In this document: one piece after another, positions 46,222 to 57,400 of the stretch
Position numbering within the stretch: the stretch's first letter is position 1
Layout: each line of letters opens with the position of its first letter
The notes under the pieces: model-generated
Databases searched by the model: none
What the model was told of the DNA's origin: nothing
The model's input: only the letters and a program-made list of their open reading frames with translations
From: a virus
Length of the DNA stretch: 64,000 nt
Virus record (IMG/VR): IMGVR_UViG_3300027833_001310
Span: 1-64,000 of that record
Strand: one strand, 5' to 3'
Position numbers and translations under genes: made by a program

Positions 46222-48735
46222 TTAGTCGGCCCATCTTCGTACAACATATTTTACTGTTACCGAAGTAGCCGGGTTCAATGTATTACTTACTGATATTGCT
46301 CCGTTTTCGGAAGCAAAGTTTGCTGCAAAATTTACATTACCAGTTAATGTACCTGAACGTGCATCTGTATAATTATCTACAAACACGATATCGTCAATAG
46401 TACTATCACCGGAATACATTAGTGTACCAACACGTCTATAACTGCCGGAACCTGTTGTTCCTTGCATACTATATTCTACAAACTGTGTGTTTACAGGATT
46501 AGAGCCACCGAACGGTACGTCCAATTCTGAAACTGTGCTATTGCCTGTTAGTATTGTTAATTGCTCTGGAGCAGTATATGCTGTTATTGCTGTACCTGCC
46601 GCTAGTGCTTCTGCTGTTAAGAATTCAATATTTGTTTTAATATTCATCAATCCTCTGATGTCAGTGTTAACTGATTCAAAGTATAGATTGTTTAATATTC
46701 TAGCAAAATCTCTTGCTTCTGTTCTTTCTTCAAAATCCATCTCACCAACTGCACCATTAATTTTGGTATCCCATTTAATAGGAAAATGTCCGTTACCTGG
46801 ACTTGCTGCTTCAGTGCTATTAAATTCTTTGTTTACATACACATTAGAAAAAATGTTTACTTCAGGGTAAGCCATTGTAGCACTAAGCCAATCTTCTAAT
46901 TTTGCTTTAACAGTTGAGTCAGTACGATCGTATTCATCAGATGTGAGTCCTAATGATGTTACTGTACTTGCTTCATCGTTATGTAATGCAAATTTAAATG
47001 GTAATTTTTGAACTGCTTCTGCGTGAGTAATATACATTTTATTAGCCTCACTTGGTATAGTAGAAATCTTAGGCCATAAATTAGCACCGTTAACTACTGT
47101 TTGTACTGCTACTGACGTAGTTGCCCCTGATAAATCATATGATGCAACTGGTGTTGCTTCAACTGTTGCACTCGATACAACTGGTCTAAATGTTAATGCT
47201 GTTGAATTAGCACTTGTAGAACCTGCTGTAGTCATTACAAAAGTATTTCCTGTTACAGCATTAACTGTATGACTACCTGATAATCCGCCGCCTGTTGAAC
47301 CTAGTACAATGCTACCACCTGCTAAGTTACCGTGTCTAGGACTTTTTACAATTATGTTACCTGCTACACCGTTCTTGCGTGTTACAAATGATAATAATTC
47401 TAAATTAGCACTTGCACTATAGTCTGCATAATTTGTTGTAATTGTAAGTTGTTTGTTAACTGTATCAATTGCAGTAATTGTTCCAGTATCGCCATTTAGT
47501 TGTGATAAATCAGAACCTGATTCGTCAATAAATAAAACAACATCGTTAACTTCTGTGTTTTCAACATTTTCCACTGTTAATAGAATCTTATTACTAGCAT
47601 TTTGTCCAACTGTTGTTATTTGTCTTGTTATACTTGATGCATTATTTGGCAGTGTAGCCGTTAATGTTTGGCCTGTTGAATTATATGCCGATACTGCTAA
47701 TACTTTACCTGCTGCTAACCAGTCAGACCCACCTTTAACATATACATGATTATATATACCCGCCGAGTCGTATAGTCCGTCTGCGTCAATTGAATAACTA
47801 CCTGTGATTAAAGCTCCTGCTAACGCAATAGAACTAGCTGATGCTGTTGATGTCACCCCTTCTACTGCTGTATCAACCTTTGTTAAGAATAATGTGCCTA
47901 ATGGTTCTGCATAAGTAGCAGTATTAGGTGCATGTTTTACGTCTGTTGCAACTTGGATATGTTTAAACTGCATACCGATGTACCCAATACCAATACCGCC
48001 TGCAACTCTAACATTGTCTGTTGAAAGTTGTCTGTAAGAGGTTATTTGTTTGTCAGCATAAAAACCAGGCTTTCCTGTTTTACCAATAGTGGTATTTGCT
48101 AGAGCTTCAACAATTGCTGTGTTAGCATAGTAAGATGTTGAAATTTCATCAGCACCACTTGGAGATGTTCTAAGTGAAAGTGTATGAGTATGATCTGATA
48201 ATGCTAAATTGCCTGTTTGTGAAAAGAAATAGTCATTACCGGATGAAATTGTTGCTACATTAGATGGGCTCTGAACTGTGCCGTTCTTGAGAACTGTTAA
48301 GTCTGCAGGTACAAAAACATTACCTGTTATGTTGTTTTTAAATTCAGCACCTAGTGTAATATTTGTAAATACTTTACCAAGTCTGCCGTATTCGTTTGCA
48401 GTTGAAGATGCGGCTGCGTCTGTTGCTGGTGTCCAACTTACACTATCTGTAACGCCGTCAAATGCTCCTTTATCATATACTTTATGGGGAACAATGAACT
48501 TAATCATTTGTACGTTGGCTATACTTGCTGTAGTACTCTGAGCACTTGCGGTCTTTTCAAAGTTACCAGTCTTATTGTAAATGTCAGATACAGCATCGGT
48601 TGTGTCTGCACCAATATAAATTTGTCTGCTGTCTGTAGCAAACCCTATTTCACCTGGACGCAACGGCTTAGGGAGATCTTGCTTCTGACCCCTGCGTTGT
48701 TGCATTCGTACGATTTTTGTTGTTTCTTCTGCCAC
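46222..48735 (-). CDS. Virion tail/baseplate protein with Mtd_N-like N-terminus
   Basis: RMQQRRG..DLP.PL..GEIGFATDSRQIYIG; T/S/G-rich beta body. Confidence 0.7.
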   Translation of the reverse strand: MAEETTKIVRMQQRRGQKQDLPKPLRPGEIGFATDSRQIYIGADTTDAVSDIYNKTGNFEKTASAQSTTASIANVQMIKFIVPHKVYDKGAFDGVTDSVSWTPATDAAASSTANEYGRLGKVFTNITLGAEFKNNITGNVFVPADLTVLKNGTVQSPSNVATISSGNDYFFSQTGNLALSDHTHTLSLRTSPSGADEISTSYYANTAIVEALANTTIGKTGKPGFYADKQITSYRQLSTDNVRVAGGIGIGYIGMQFKHIQVATDVKHAPNTATYAEPLGTLFLTKVDTAVEGVTSTASASSIALAGALITGSYSIDADGLYDSAGIYNHVYVKGGSDWLAAGKVLAVSAYNSTGQTLTATLPNNASSITRQITTVGQNASNKILLTVENVENTEVNDVVLFIDESGSDLSQLNGDTGTITAIDTVNKQLTITTNYADYSASANLELLSFVTRKNGVAGNIIVKSPRHGNLAGGSIVLGSTGGGLSGSHTVNAVTGNTFVMTTAGSTSANSTALTFRPVVSSATVEATPVASYDLSGATTSVAVQTVVNGANLWPKISTIPSEANKMYITHAEAVQKLPFKFALHNDEASTVTSLGLTSDEYDRTDSTVKAKLEDWLSATMAYPEVNIFSNVYVNKEFNSTEAASPGNGHFPIKWDTKINGAVGEMDFEERTEARDFARILNNLYFESVNTDIRGLMNIKTNIEFLTAEALAAGTAITAYTAPEQLTILTGNSTVSELDVPFGGSNPVNTQFVEYSMQGTTGSGSYRRVGTLMYSGDSTIDDIVFVDNYTDARSGTLTGNVNFAANFASENGAISVSNTLNPATSVTVKYVVRRWAD

Positions 48736-48781
48736 TGTTAAGCCTCTCTAATTACTTAACAGTATTTATCACTTTGAGTGA

Positions 48782-49456
48782 CTAAACTTTATTATAATAG
48801 TCTGCTAATCTCATTGCCCATTTATTACAATATTCTTCGAATTCGTCGCCATTAATAACAAAGTCAGCATACTTGCCTTCCCTGTCGATCATTAAGATAG
48901 CAACTTGTTTGATGTTTGTACCAAACATTTCATTGTGTGCTAGTGCGTATGCACAGCCTTGCATGAAGTAATCTTCTATCCATTCACGTTTCTTAATCTT
49001 TTTAGCAGTTTTAAAGTCAATAATACTTTCGACACCATTAAACATACCTACTGCATCACTTGTACCTGCATATAAGCCTTTGGCTATTAGTGCTACTTCA
49101 ACACCCCATATTTCATCTACTTGACTTAAACCTTTGTCTATCATTTCTTCAAGCATACGTTTAGCCATAATGCTGATAAGATTGTTGCCTTTGATTTCGT
49201 ACTCTTCCATTAGCACATATTTTTCTAATGCATTGTGTACTTTAGTACCTAAGCCTGCGGCTTCTTGGCTAATCCTATTTGCTTCAGCATCGCCTACACG
49301 TTTACGCCAATTGATAAGAGCTGTCTTATCACCAGTATCAGAAAGTACCGTGGTTACACTAGGTACTGGTTGATTATCATCACCTGTGTATTGACGTTGT
49401 CCGTTTTTTGCTGTTACCCTGTTGAGAGCTGGGTAAGTAAATTTTTCTACAAGCAT
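48782..49456 (-). CDS. PD-(D/E)xK exonuclease
   Basis: PSVTTVLS, GTKVH, YAGTSD, IIDFKT, Q..AYA. Confidence 0.85.
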   Translation of the reverse strand: MLVEKFTYPALNRVTAKNGQRQYTGDDNQPVPSVTTVLSDTGDKTALINWRKRVGDAEANRISQEAAGLGTKVHNALEKYVLMEEYEIKGNNLISIMAKRMLEEMIDKGLSQVDEIWGVEVALIAKGLYAGTSDAVGMFNGVESIIDFKTAKKIKKREWIEDYFMQGCAYALAHNEMFGTNIKQVAILMIDREGKYADFVINGDEFEEYCNKWAMRLADYYNKV

Positions 49457-49483
49457 TAAGTATACCTTTGTTAGTTAAGAACT

Positions 49484-49512
49484 ATTATAGCATGTGATGA
49501 ATGTTATGTCAA
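49484..49512 (-). promoter_or_regulatory. sigma70-type promoter for the exonuclease
   Basis: TTGACA-N17-TATAAT. Confidence 0.85.
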
Positions 49513-49558
49513 TAAAAAAGGCACTTAAAAATGCCTTTATTTTCAACAACTTATGTTA

Positions 49559-49876
49559 TTACCAACTAATATTCCATTGTAATGCGGTTGTATTATTTGG
49601 GTCTGTGACAATACTAATACCGTATCCTAAATTAGTAAAGTAATTTTTTACATAGTTTATTTGGTCTAGTTTAGTTGGGTCTGTAGTAATACTGTTATAT
49701 ACATAGTAGTACACATTACTGTTAGTCATTGTAGAATTGTTTACATTTGCGTAAAGTATACCAGCATCAACATTAGCATATACTGCGTTTTCTATAGCAG
49801 TTACTTCGTTGTGGATTACAGTATTATTTCTAGTACTGCTTCTTGCTGTTTTAGCATTTATGAATATCCCAGGCAT
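49559..49876 (-). CDS. Putative virion protein
   Basis: 105-aa ORF ending LQWNISW in a late operon. Confidence 0.55.
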   Translation of the reverse strand: MPGIFINAKTARSSTRNNTVIHNEVTAIENAVYANVDAGILYANVNNSTMTNSNVYYYVYNSITTDPTKLDQINYVKNYFTNLGYGISIVTDPNNTTALQWNISW

Positions 49877-49878
49877 TG

Positions 49879-50217
49879 TTACGCTATCTCCGAATTCATT
49901 GCAGTACTTGCTGCACCTTGAGCTAAATCAGATACAGTGTTTGCTGCTGCTTCATCATCACCTGTGCTTATTTCTGCAGGTAACTGATTTTTAGGTTTAA
50001 TTATATCTCTGTTTACACTACTAGCATGTCCGCTCTTATCAATTGCTGTAATAAGTTCGTCTGTTGTAGTAACATAGCCTTGCTTGGCTAATAATGATCT
50101 AAATTCTTCAGTAGGAATATCTTCTACACCCTTAGCTGCTACTTTTGTTAGCAAGTCTTGTATGGTTAGAATTAAGTCGGAAAAATATCCTTCTGATATT
50201 ACTTCTCTAATTAACAT
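49879..50217 (-). CDS. Putative head-associated protein
   Basis: MLIREVISE N-terminus. Confidence 0.55.
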   Translation of the reverse strand: MLIREVISEGYFSDLILTIQDLLTKVAAKGVEDIPTEEFRSLLAKQGYVTTTDELITAIDKSGHASSVNRDIIKPKNQLPAEISTGDDEAAANTVSDLAQGAASTAMNSEIA

Positions 50218-50218
50218 T

Positions 50219-51523
50219 TTAGACCTCTACTGGGTTTCTACCTAACGGCTCTTCTTCTGGGCCTGCTGCGGCAGGTACGTTAACATCCATTGCCGGCTCT
50301 TCTAATCCTACTTCTGCTGGTGCTGCGCCTAAATCAGCAGTATCACCTAAACCCATATCATCTGAGTTTACAACACTGCCTGCACCAATTAAGCCGCCTA
50401 TAGCATTATCAATTCCTGCTTTAGCACCTTTAGATGCCTCAATGTATGTTGCTAATAAACCGTTAACGCTGTCTGCAAAAGTAGCTGCTGCTTGAGCACC
50501 CATTTCACCACGCATTTGATCTGCAATTGCTGGTATACTTTCGTTTGCCATACGTCCAATCTCTTCTACATGGTCTTGAATATCGTCTGCTAATGCTCTT
50601 ACTGCCATTACAACTTCTGCTTCTTCTACTGAAGTACCTTCAAGTTCTTCGTTAATCATGTCGTCTACTAGGCTGTCAAACATTGTGCCTTCGTTTTTCT
50701 TTTCGTCTTTTGTATCACCAGTGACATCGTATTCTTCGCCGTCTACTGTAAATTTCTTTTCGCCTTTTGCAATAGCATCTTTTCTAGCACCAGTAAATTT
50801 GTTTTGTTCTGCTACTTTAGCACCAAACATTTTAATACCGTTTCCAACTGCATCTTCTTCTAAACTGTTTAGGAAACCAACAACTGCATCTCTGCTTTTT
50901 TCTGTTACTTTAGCAAAAGATTCTAATTTCTCTTCAATTGCTTGTAGGCTTTCTGTACCTGATAATTCAACACCACACTCTTTAGCAAGTTCTCTAAGTA
51001 AAGAATCGTTAAGGTCTGTTTCTGGGATATACTCGCCTTCTTCTTCGATACTTTCATGTGTACCACCACATGATTCTACATAGCTTTTTGCTGCTGAAAG
51101 GATAATTGGCATAACGTGTTCGTCATCATATGCAAAACGTGAATCCATTCTATATTGATTCATGCACTCGCCACAAGCCTCATCCATTGTGTAGCCACTG
51201 TCCATTAAGTTACAAACACTTGCATTGATCATTTCTTTCATCTCACCATGTGCAGGTGATTCGGCATACATGCCTTCATTGATCATAGTTTGAACAACAT
51301 CTTTGATGCCTAAAAACTTTGCGTATTCTAGCTCTTGCTGGAACTTAGTGTTGACACTTTTAATTTTGTTAATGCTTGCATTAGCAGTTTCTAGTAAACT
51401 ATCTAGTTTTGCTTTCTTAGGAAATCCAGCAGTCTTTAGTGAGACTCCAAACTCTTCCTTTAGCATTTTGTTAACTTTAGCGATTTTCTTTACGCCTTTT
51501 TGATTGAATTCTTTTAAAAACAT
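50219..51523 (-). CDS. Putative prohead core/scaffold-like acidic protein
   Basis: Acidic helical protein with many xxE sites; late TAAATA upstream. Confidence 0.55.
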   Translation of the reverse strand: MFLKEFNQKGVKKIAKVNKMLKEEFGVSLKTAGFPKKAKLDSLLETANASINKIKSVNTKFQQELEYAKFLGIKDVVQTMINEGMYAESPAHGEMKEMINASVCNLMDSGYTMDEACGECMNQYRMDSRFAYDDEHVMPIILSAAKSYVESCGGTHESIEEEGEYIPETDLNDSLLRELAKECGVELSGTESLQAIEEKLESFAKVTEKSRDAVVGFLNSLEEDAVGNGIKMFGAKVAEQNKFTGARKDAIAKGEKKFTVDGEEYDVTGDTKDEKKNEGTMFDSLVDDMINEELEGTSVEEAEVVMAVRALADDIQDHVEEIGRMANESIPAIADQMRGEMGAQAAATFADSVNGLLATYIEASKGAKAGIDNAIGGLIGAGSVVNSDDMGLGDTADLGAAPAEVGLEEPAMDVNVPAAAGPEEEPLGRNPVEV

Positions 51524-51583
51524 TTTTTTATTTCCCAGGTATTAAATTCTCTATTACTGTTATTTATCATCTTTGCGAACATT

Positions 51584-51973
51584 TTAGTTGAACCGTTTCA
51601 GTTCATCCTTGGTAAAATTGAACTTGCAGATAGTATCAAACAATCTAGCCTCAACTACTTCCCCTAATGTAAAGTCTTTTGTGTGCTTGAGGGTGTGTCT
51701 ATAGAACATAATGTCGTTTTTACATCTAAAATATTGTGTCATTAAGCCTTCTAATTTAATTTTATTTGTTAAACTTATTGCTTTTCCTTTGTTACGCAAC
51801 TTACATAAGTATGTTGCTACACATTTCATAGGAAGTTCTTTTGCTACAACTGCTTTTGTGATATGCTCTTGTACTACAAATGTATCATCTTGTTTAGTTA
51901 CAACGTATACACCTTTTCTAGCAACGTTAGTCGCTATAGCATCTAATTGTTTAGTGAGTCTTTGTTTGTTCAT
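51584..51973 (-). CDS. Hypothetical protein
   Basis: Start corrected to MNKQR (TAAATA-N5-ATG). Confidence 0.6.
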   Translation of the reverse strand: MNKQRLTKQLDAIATNVARKGVYVVTKQDDTFVVQEHITKAVVAKELPMKCVATYLCKLRNKGKAISLTNKIKLEGLMTQYFRCKNDIMFYRHTLKHTKDFTLGEVVEARLFDTICKFNFTKDELKRFN

Positions 51974-51996
51974 ATAGGTATTTATGAACAGATGTT

Positions 51997-52218
51997 CTAT
52001 AGTTTTTGTTTTGCTGAGTATAATGTATAACACTCGCAACCATTTTTTACTTCTTTTTGAAAAATATTCTTTTGGTGCATCTCATTTGCAAGGTATGCAT
52101 CACGTTCAGAAAGCTCTATTAATTTTAATACGCCAAACATTTCAGCCTGATCGTATAGTTGTGTTTCAAACTTATTAATCAAACTTATCTGGTTGTCTTT
52201 ACATTTAACTGCTCTCAT
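51997..52218 (-). CDS. Hypothetical protein
   Basis: TAAATA-N5-ATG start. Confidence 0.6.
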   Translation of the reverse strand: MRAVKCKDNQISLINKFETQLYDQAEMFGVLKLIELSERDAYLANEMHQKNIFQKEVKNGCECYTLYSAKQKL

Positions 52219-52219
52219 A

Positions 52220-53131
52220 CTAGTATTTACCTAATTTTTGCATAGTTAACTTTGCAATGTCCGTATGTGTTTGAGGTCCAGGATGCATAAAGTCTCTAGC
52301 CCAATCAGATGGTGCTACTTCGTGTAAATATGTTATAGCTATTGGTATGTTTCTTGCTTTAGCAATTAGTTCTAATGTTTTTAAATGCATATCGTATGTC
52401 ATTTGAGATGTAGAATTGACTATATCTGCATACTTGTTAATAGTAGCAGTGTCTAATGTTGCATCAGGAGATATATTTTCTAACAGTTCTGCTCTCATAG
52501 TGCCTACGTTGTAAAAATCTTCATTTGCTGTTGCTGCAGGTGCTCTTCCCATTGGAGGTACAAGCACAGCAATACCTGTTAGATTAGGCAAGTCTTCGTC
52601 TAAAAAGTTTAATGCATACCATACTGCTAACGCTAACGAAACTGCTGGAGTTCCCAGATTATATGTTTTCTCACCTGTAAGTTCTGCAAGTTGTGCTGGC
52701 CAATTTTGATGTGCATGTATACCTGAACCATATGTATTACTACACCCAAAACATGCTATACCGGGCTCGTCATTAAAATGTTCATCGCGGAAACCTTGCT
52801 TGTTTGTTTTGTACCACACATCTACTAACTGGTCTTCTTCTGTGTTCCACCAGCCATAAAATTTAAGTTGTTTCTTTTGCCTTTTACTAAATCCAGCTTT
52901 GTGTAGTTTATGTTCGTAAGGATGCCACTTACAAAAGTTGTAGTCATCTTCTTGGAATTGTTCAACACCTATAGAATCAAGTGTTTCATTGTCGACGCGA
53001 TATAAGTAAGGAGCAGTAGAACTATGCTCTATTGTTTTCTTTATTGTGTTACGGTCTACTTTAAGTAGTTTTTTTCTTGTACTGTCGCGAGTACTTGCAC
53101 TACTATGCATTTGTGACCAACGGTCATCCAT
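52220..53131 (-). CDS. SGNH-like protein
   Basis: NKQGFR, CFGCSNTYG, YNLG, RDFMHPG. Confidence 0.65.
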   Translation of the reverse strand: MDDRWSQMHSSASTRDSTRKKLLKVDRNTIKKTIEHSSTAPYLYRVDNETLDSIGVEQFQEDDYNFCKWHPYEHKLHKAGFSKRQKKQLKFYGWWNTEEDQLVDVWYKTNKQGFRDEHFNDEPGIACFGCSNTYGSGIHAHQNWPAQLAELTGEKTYNLGTPAVSLALAVWYALNFLDEDLPNLTGIAVLVPPMGRAPAATANEDFYNVGTMRAELLENISPDATLDTATINKYADIVNSTSQMTYDMHLKTLELIAKARNIPIAITYLHEVAPSDWARDFMHPGPQTHTDIAKLTMQKLGKY

Positions 53132-53152
53132 ATGTATTACCTGTTCTGTGTG

Positions 53153-53662
53153 TTAAATATTTTGCTGATGTCTAGACTTTTTAGGCTTGCCATAGCCTCC
53201 AGTTTGCAGAGTAGCCTCGGCATGCATTGCTGCCATGTGCTTTTTATATTTCTTAGTACCTTTTTTATGTGGGCTTTTACCTTCTCCCATGCTGATGCCA
53301 AAGTTGTTGTCTAGTAGATCTTCTATGTTAGTATCGTAGTCTACGACTTTAAAATTTTTGTCTATCAGTAATGCTACATTATCTTCGTAACCGTGATTCT
53401 CGCCACTAAGTATTTGATAACCATCTTCAATCTCTATAAGATCTTCTTGATATTCCCAAGCACTAATAATTTCTTCTTTTTTGCTTTGTGTAATTTCTGG
53501 GACTACTGCATTTTCATCAACTGCTTTCTTTTTCTTTTTCTTAGGAGTTGTATTAGCAAACACACTTGCATTAGGTCTTTTTTGCATGCCGCCTAGTGGA
53601 GCAGCAACTGTAGCAATACCACCTGCACTAGTTGTTTCTTGTATAATGTCATTAATCTTCAT
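53153..53662 (-). CDS. Modular putative internal head protein
   Basis: MKINDIIQE TTSAGGIATV; EGKSPHKKGTKKYKKHMAAMHA module. Confidence 0.55.
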   Translation of the reverse strand: MKINDIIQETTSAGGIATVAAPLGGMQKRPNASVFANTTPKKKKKKAVDENAVVPEITQSKKEEIISAWEYQEDLIEIEDGYQILSGENHGYEDNVALLIDKNFKVVDYDTNIEDLLDNNFGISMGEGKSPHKKGTKKYKKHMAAMHAEATLQTGGYGKPKKSRHQQNI

Positions 53663-53683
53663 AGTAGTATTTACCGTTTTTTA

Positions 53684-54220
53684 TTATGTTAGTCTAACGT
53701 TTACGATATCCCAGTTAATAATACGCCACATATTGTTTAAGTATTTGCCTTTGTCATGCTGGTAATCTAATGCCCAAGCATGTTCCCACCAGTCAACTAA
53801 CATTGCTATGTCATTTTTAACTTGGTGATTAACTATTGTTTTGATGTCGCCTGATGTACTCATGTATACCCAACCGCTACCTTGTATCTTCATTGCTACT
53901 TGTTCAAACTCTTCTTTGAATGCATTGTAGTTGCTATACTTGCTGTCTATTAGCTCTTTACTTGCACCAGTAGGGTTGTTACTGCCACTTGGTGCTTTTA
54001 GTTGTGGGAAGAATACATTGTGTAGGAATGCGCCTGCTTCCATAAACTGTGCATCGCCTTTGCCTTCGTTATATTTTGTAACGTATGCTTTTGCAAGTTT
54101 GCCATAATGAAAATTTATAGTGTCTTCGCTCATAACAGGATCAAGATCATTTTTACCGTAAGGTAACTTTTCTTGTACAAGTACTTTCTTTTCTTCTGTT
54201 AAAAATTCATTTAGTTTCAC
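53684..54220 (-). CDS. sod: Fe/Mn superoxide dismutase
   Basis: LPY..L.P, FHY, LHNVFF, QGSGW, DWWEHAW; four metal ligands present. Confidence 0.9.
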   Translation of the reverse strand: MKLNEFLTEEKKVLVQEKLPYGKNDLDPVMSEDTINFHYGKLAKAYVTKYNEGKGDAQFMEAGAFLHNVFFPQLKAPSGSNNPTGASKELIDSKYSNYNAFKEEFEQVAMKIQGSGWVYMSTSGDIKTIVNHQVKNDIAMLVDWWEHAWALDYQHDKGKYLNNMWRIINWDIVNVRLT

Positions 54221-54414
54221 TTCTTCTTCCCACCTTTCATATTAGCACACCATTGATACATTTTGCCTTTCTCGCCACTATACTTTTTAGCCTTTGCTTT
54301 CAAATCAGTAACTGAGCCTTTACAACTAGCACCTGCTTTCTTTACTCTGCCAGGTCTGCTTTTGCCTTTCTTTTTACCGTCAGTGAAATTTTCTGTAATT
54401 TCAACTATTTTCAT
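54217..54414 (-). CDS. Small basic putative internal head protein
   Basis: MKIVEITE NFTDGKKKG...WCANMK. Confidence 0.6.
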   Translation of the reverse strand: MKIVEITENFTDGKKKGKSRPGRVKKAGASCKGSVTDLKAKAKKYSGEKGKMYQWCANMKGGKKK

Positions 54415-57400
54415 TAGTTACTACTGTCTACAATTGATGTATTTGCAAATGGATTTTCATTTGTTGTTACAAGATAGTTTGTCTTTGCGTGTAGTCTTAA
54501 CCCGGAACCTTCTAAGTCTTTAACGTCTTGTATAAATGTAAACGTCTGCTTTTTAAGATCTAAGAAAAGTATTCCTTTAAGATTACCACCACCTCTTTTT
54601 GCTGCAAGATAGTTATTAACATTAGACTGTGCTATGGCTTGCATTGCACCGGTAATGTTATTTTGTGCTAAGTTTTGTGCTATCTGGTTGCCAGCATTAG
54701 GTATTTCTGTAAAGATATTTGAAATAATATCTGCTATTTCTTTTTCTGCTTCAGGTACTAACTTCAAGAAAGCTGCAACATGATTTTGTTGCATACCTGA
54801 TTTGACTCTTAACACTGCACCCTGTGCTTCTAGTTCTTTAAACTTCTCATCATACTTTGTAAAGAATGCTGTTACTTTAGACTTGTATGAATCTGATACA
54901 GTAACTTGTCTGTCATTAAATCTAGCAGAATTTTTTCTTGTTGTTTTTAATTCAATTGGTTGACCGTCAATCATTAAGTCACCTTTGCCATCGTCAGCAC
55001 CTGATGATGCTCCCATGCCGCCAATTCTCTGTGACAATACTGAAAGTGCAAACTCACCTGGGCCAATACCATACTGTACAACTTCATTTAAGTCGTTAAC
55101 TAATTCTGTTATGTGCTCGTTGCCTTCCATTCCGTAACCAACAAATATCTCAGACATAGTATCAGTAGATGTAGACAACAATGTATCAACTCTAACTAAT
55201 TTATCTCCCTTCCAATCTATGAAAAGTTTTGCTCTTTCTGCTGGCGTCATTTCTATACTTGCAATAATCTTTGCAATTTGTTTAATTGCTTTCTTAACAT
55301 CCTCATCAGGTACTTCACCTAATTGGCTGCTTAAACTTTGTATTTTACCACCTACGCCCATATCATCTAACAGTTGTTCAATGTAGTTAACTAATTTATT
55401 AGTTTTTTCATCATCTGGTAAGTCGGCTAATTTTTTGATCAGCTCTGATTTACTTTCAGTTATTCCTGCTTTCTTTTTAGTTTCTGGGTGTACTTTGTTT
55501 TGTACAAAACCTTTGAATATAGTACGCAAATCAGTGTCTGGTCCACCGCCACTAGCTGCTTCTCTGAATGCTCTGATCATACTAGGATCTGGTACTACAA
55601 AGTATGCTTCCATTTGCGATTTTAAATCACTAGCAAGTAAAGGAACATTTAATAACTGTTTTATTTTCTTTACAGGTGAGTTGTCTGGTACAGCACCTTC
55701 TGTATATTTTGCTGCTCTGCCTGATCCTGACTTGTTAGGATGTTCAAATCCTTTGCCTTTCTTTTTCTTTTTACCAGGCGTACCGTAAGTAGTTAATAAT
55801 GCAGCCATATCTTGTTCTGCTTCAATAGTTTCATTTAATTTTTTCTTAGATACTATTAGTGCTTCGTTTATCTTCGTAGCATCAACTTTACTAACTATTT
55901 CTAACTGTTTTTTAAATGGTAATTTGTTAAAATTCTCAAACATGTTATTACTCTCTTCTATATCACTAAATCTTATATTCATTTCTTGCGCCATGTATTC
56001 TCTTTCTGATGCATCAGTTTCTTGGTGTGTTCCTACTATGAATGGACTCTTTTCCCCTGCAAGGCTAAATGCGTCTGGATTGAAATCTCTATCTCTGTAA
56101 GGTAGGAAGCCATGCTTCTTGCTAAAAGTATCTATTTTTACTTTAGCATCTAATGTCTGTTCTTGATATCTTTCGGCTTTTTGTTTTCTATGAATTATTA
56201 AATCTTTTATTCTTTTTATCTTTTCATCTGTTTCGGTATCTTCGTTAGTTCTACTACTTCCCTGTGCATGTGCAGGGTGATCAGCATCTATTAGGTCTGT
56301 AGTATCAACCCCGCCTGCTTTGTATGCTGATACTATCGATGATACTTCATCCCACTGTACAGGATTGCCACCGTTTTCCTTGTTGTACACTAATGCATTT
56401 AGAACATCTTGTTTTGCATTATTACTTGTTTCTAAGTTGTTAATCCATCTTGCTAGTTTTACAGCATTAACTCTTGGATCAGCCATGAAGTGACCGAATC
56501 CAGTGAACCACATTTTTTTATAGAGAGGAAAATCATTTTCCGCCATCTCAATTGCTGCTTGATTACTAAAAGTAGATGGGTCATTATCTGACGCATCTGA
56601 GGTACCTGTTGTGCCTAGTTGCTCTAATTCTTTTTCATAGTCGGCAACCATTTTAAGTTCGCCTTGAGCATCAATCATTCCTTCATTGTAATCATATAAT
56701 GCTCTGTATACTTCATTATGTTCATCGCGACTAATAGCTTTAAAATCTTCTGCTTTAAACTTTTTACCCGGAGGTGTCTTTATTGGAGCTCCTGATATAA
56801 GTTTGTTACCCATTTCTGTTTGGAGCCAATTGTAGTATGGTACTGGTAAAAACAATGCATCGGTGCCGTTGTACTTAACAGTAAATTCTGGTGTTGGTGC
56901 TTTTGCTACCTTAACTTTGAATGCGTTATTAAACGCATCAGCAAACTTTGTCATGTTATCGTGGTAAGGTGACCCACCAATATTTAACATAGGTACATAT
57001 TGTTTACTTGCTAAAAATTCTTTATAAAGAGATTCTGGTGTGAATCCAAAATCTTTCATTGCTTGTCTAAAGCCTGCTACTTGTTGCACTTTAACAGGAT
57101 TACGATTTTTCCCTGTTGCTATAGAACTTAGTAGATAACCAAAAGCAGTAAGACTGTAATCACGAGCACGATCATTCCAACTCTCTTCTTCTTTGATAAT
57201 ACTTTCTTCTGCGTTCTCTCTTTTAGATCTTGCAAGTGCATTGTATGCTGTAGCAAGAGCGTCTATAGCGTCGGTGTAATGATTTTTGCCCACCACACTT
57301 TTAAATGCATCTACTACTTTCTTATCAGTATTATCTGGGTCAATTCTACTAGATGCTCTTTCTTCTTGGTCTGGATCAATCGCATCTAAACTATTAACGA

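Noticed and set aside
46222-48735. Diversity-generating retroelement suggested by the Mtd_N-like domain
   Set aside because: No reverse transcriptase or TR/VR repeat pair in the window
48782-49456. Cas4 annotation
   Set aside because: No four-Cys Fe-S motif and no CRISPR context; ordinary phage exonuclease
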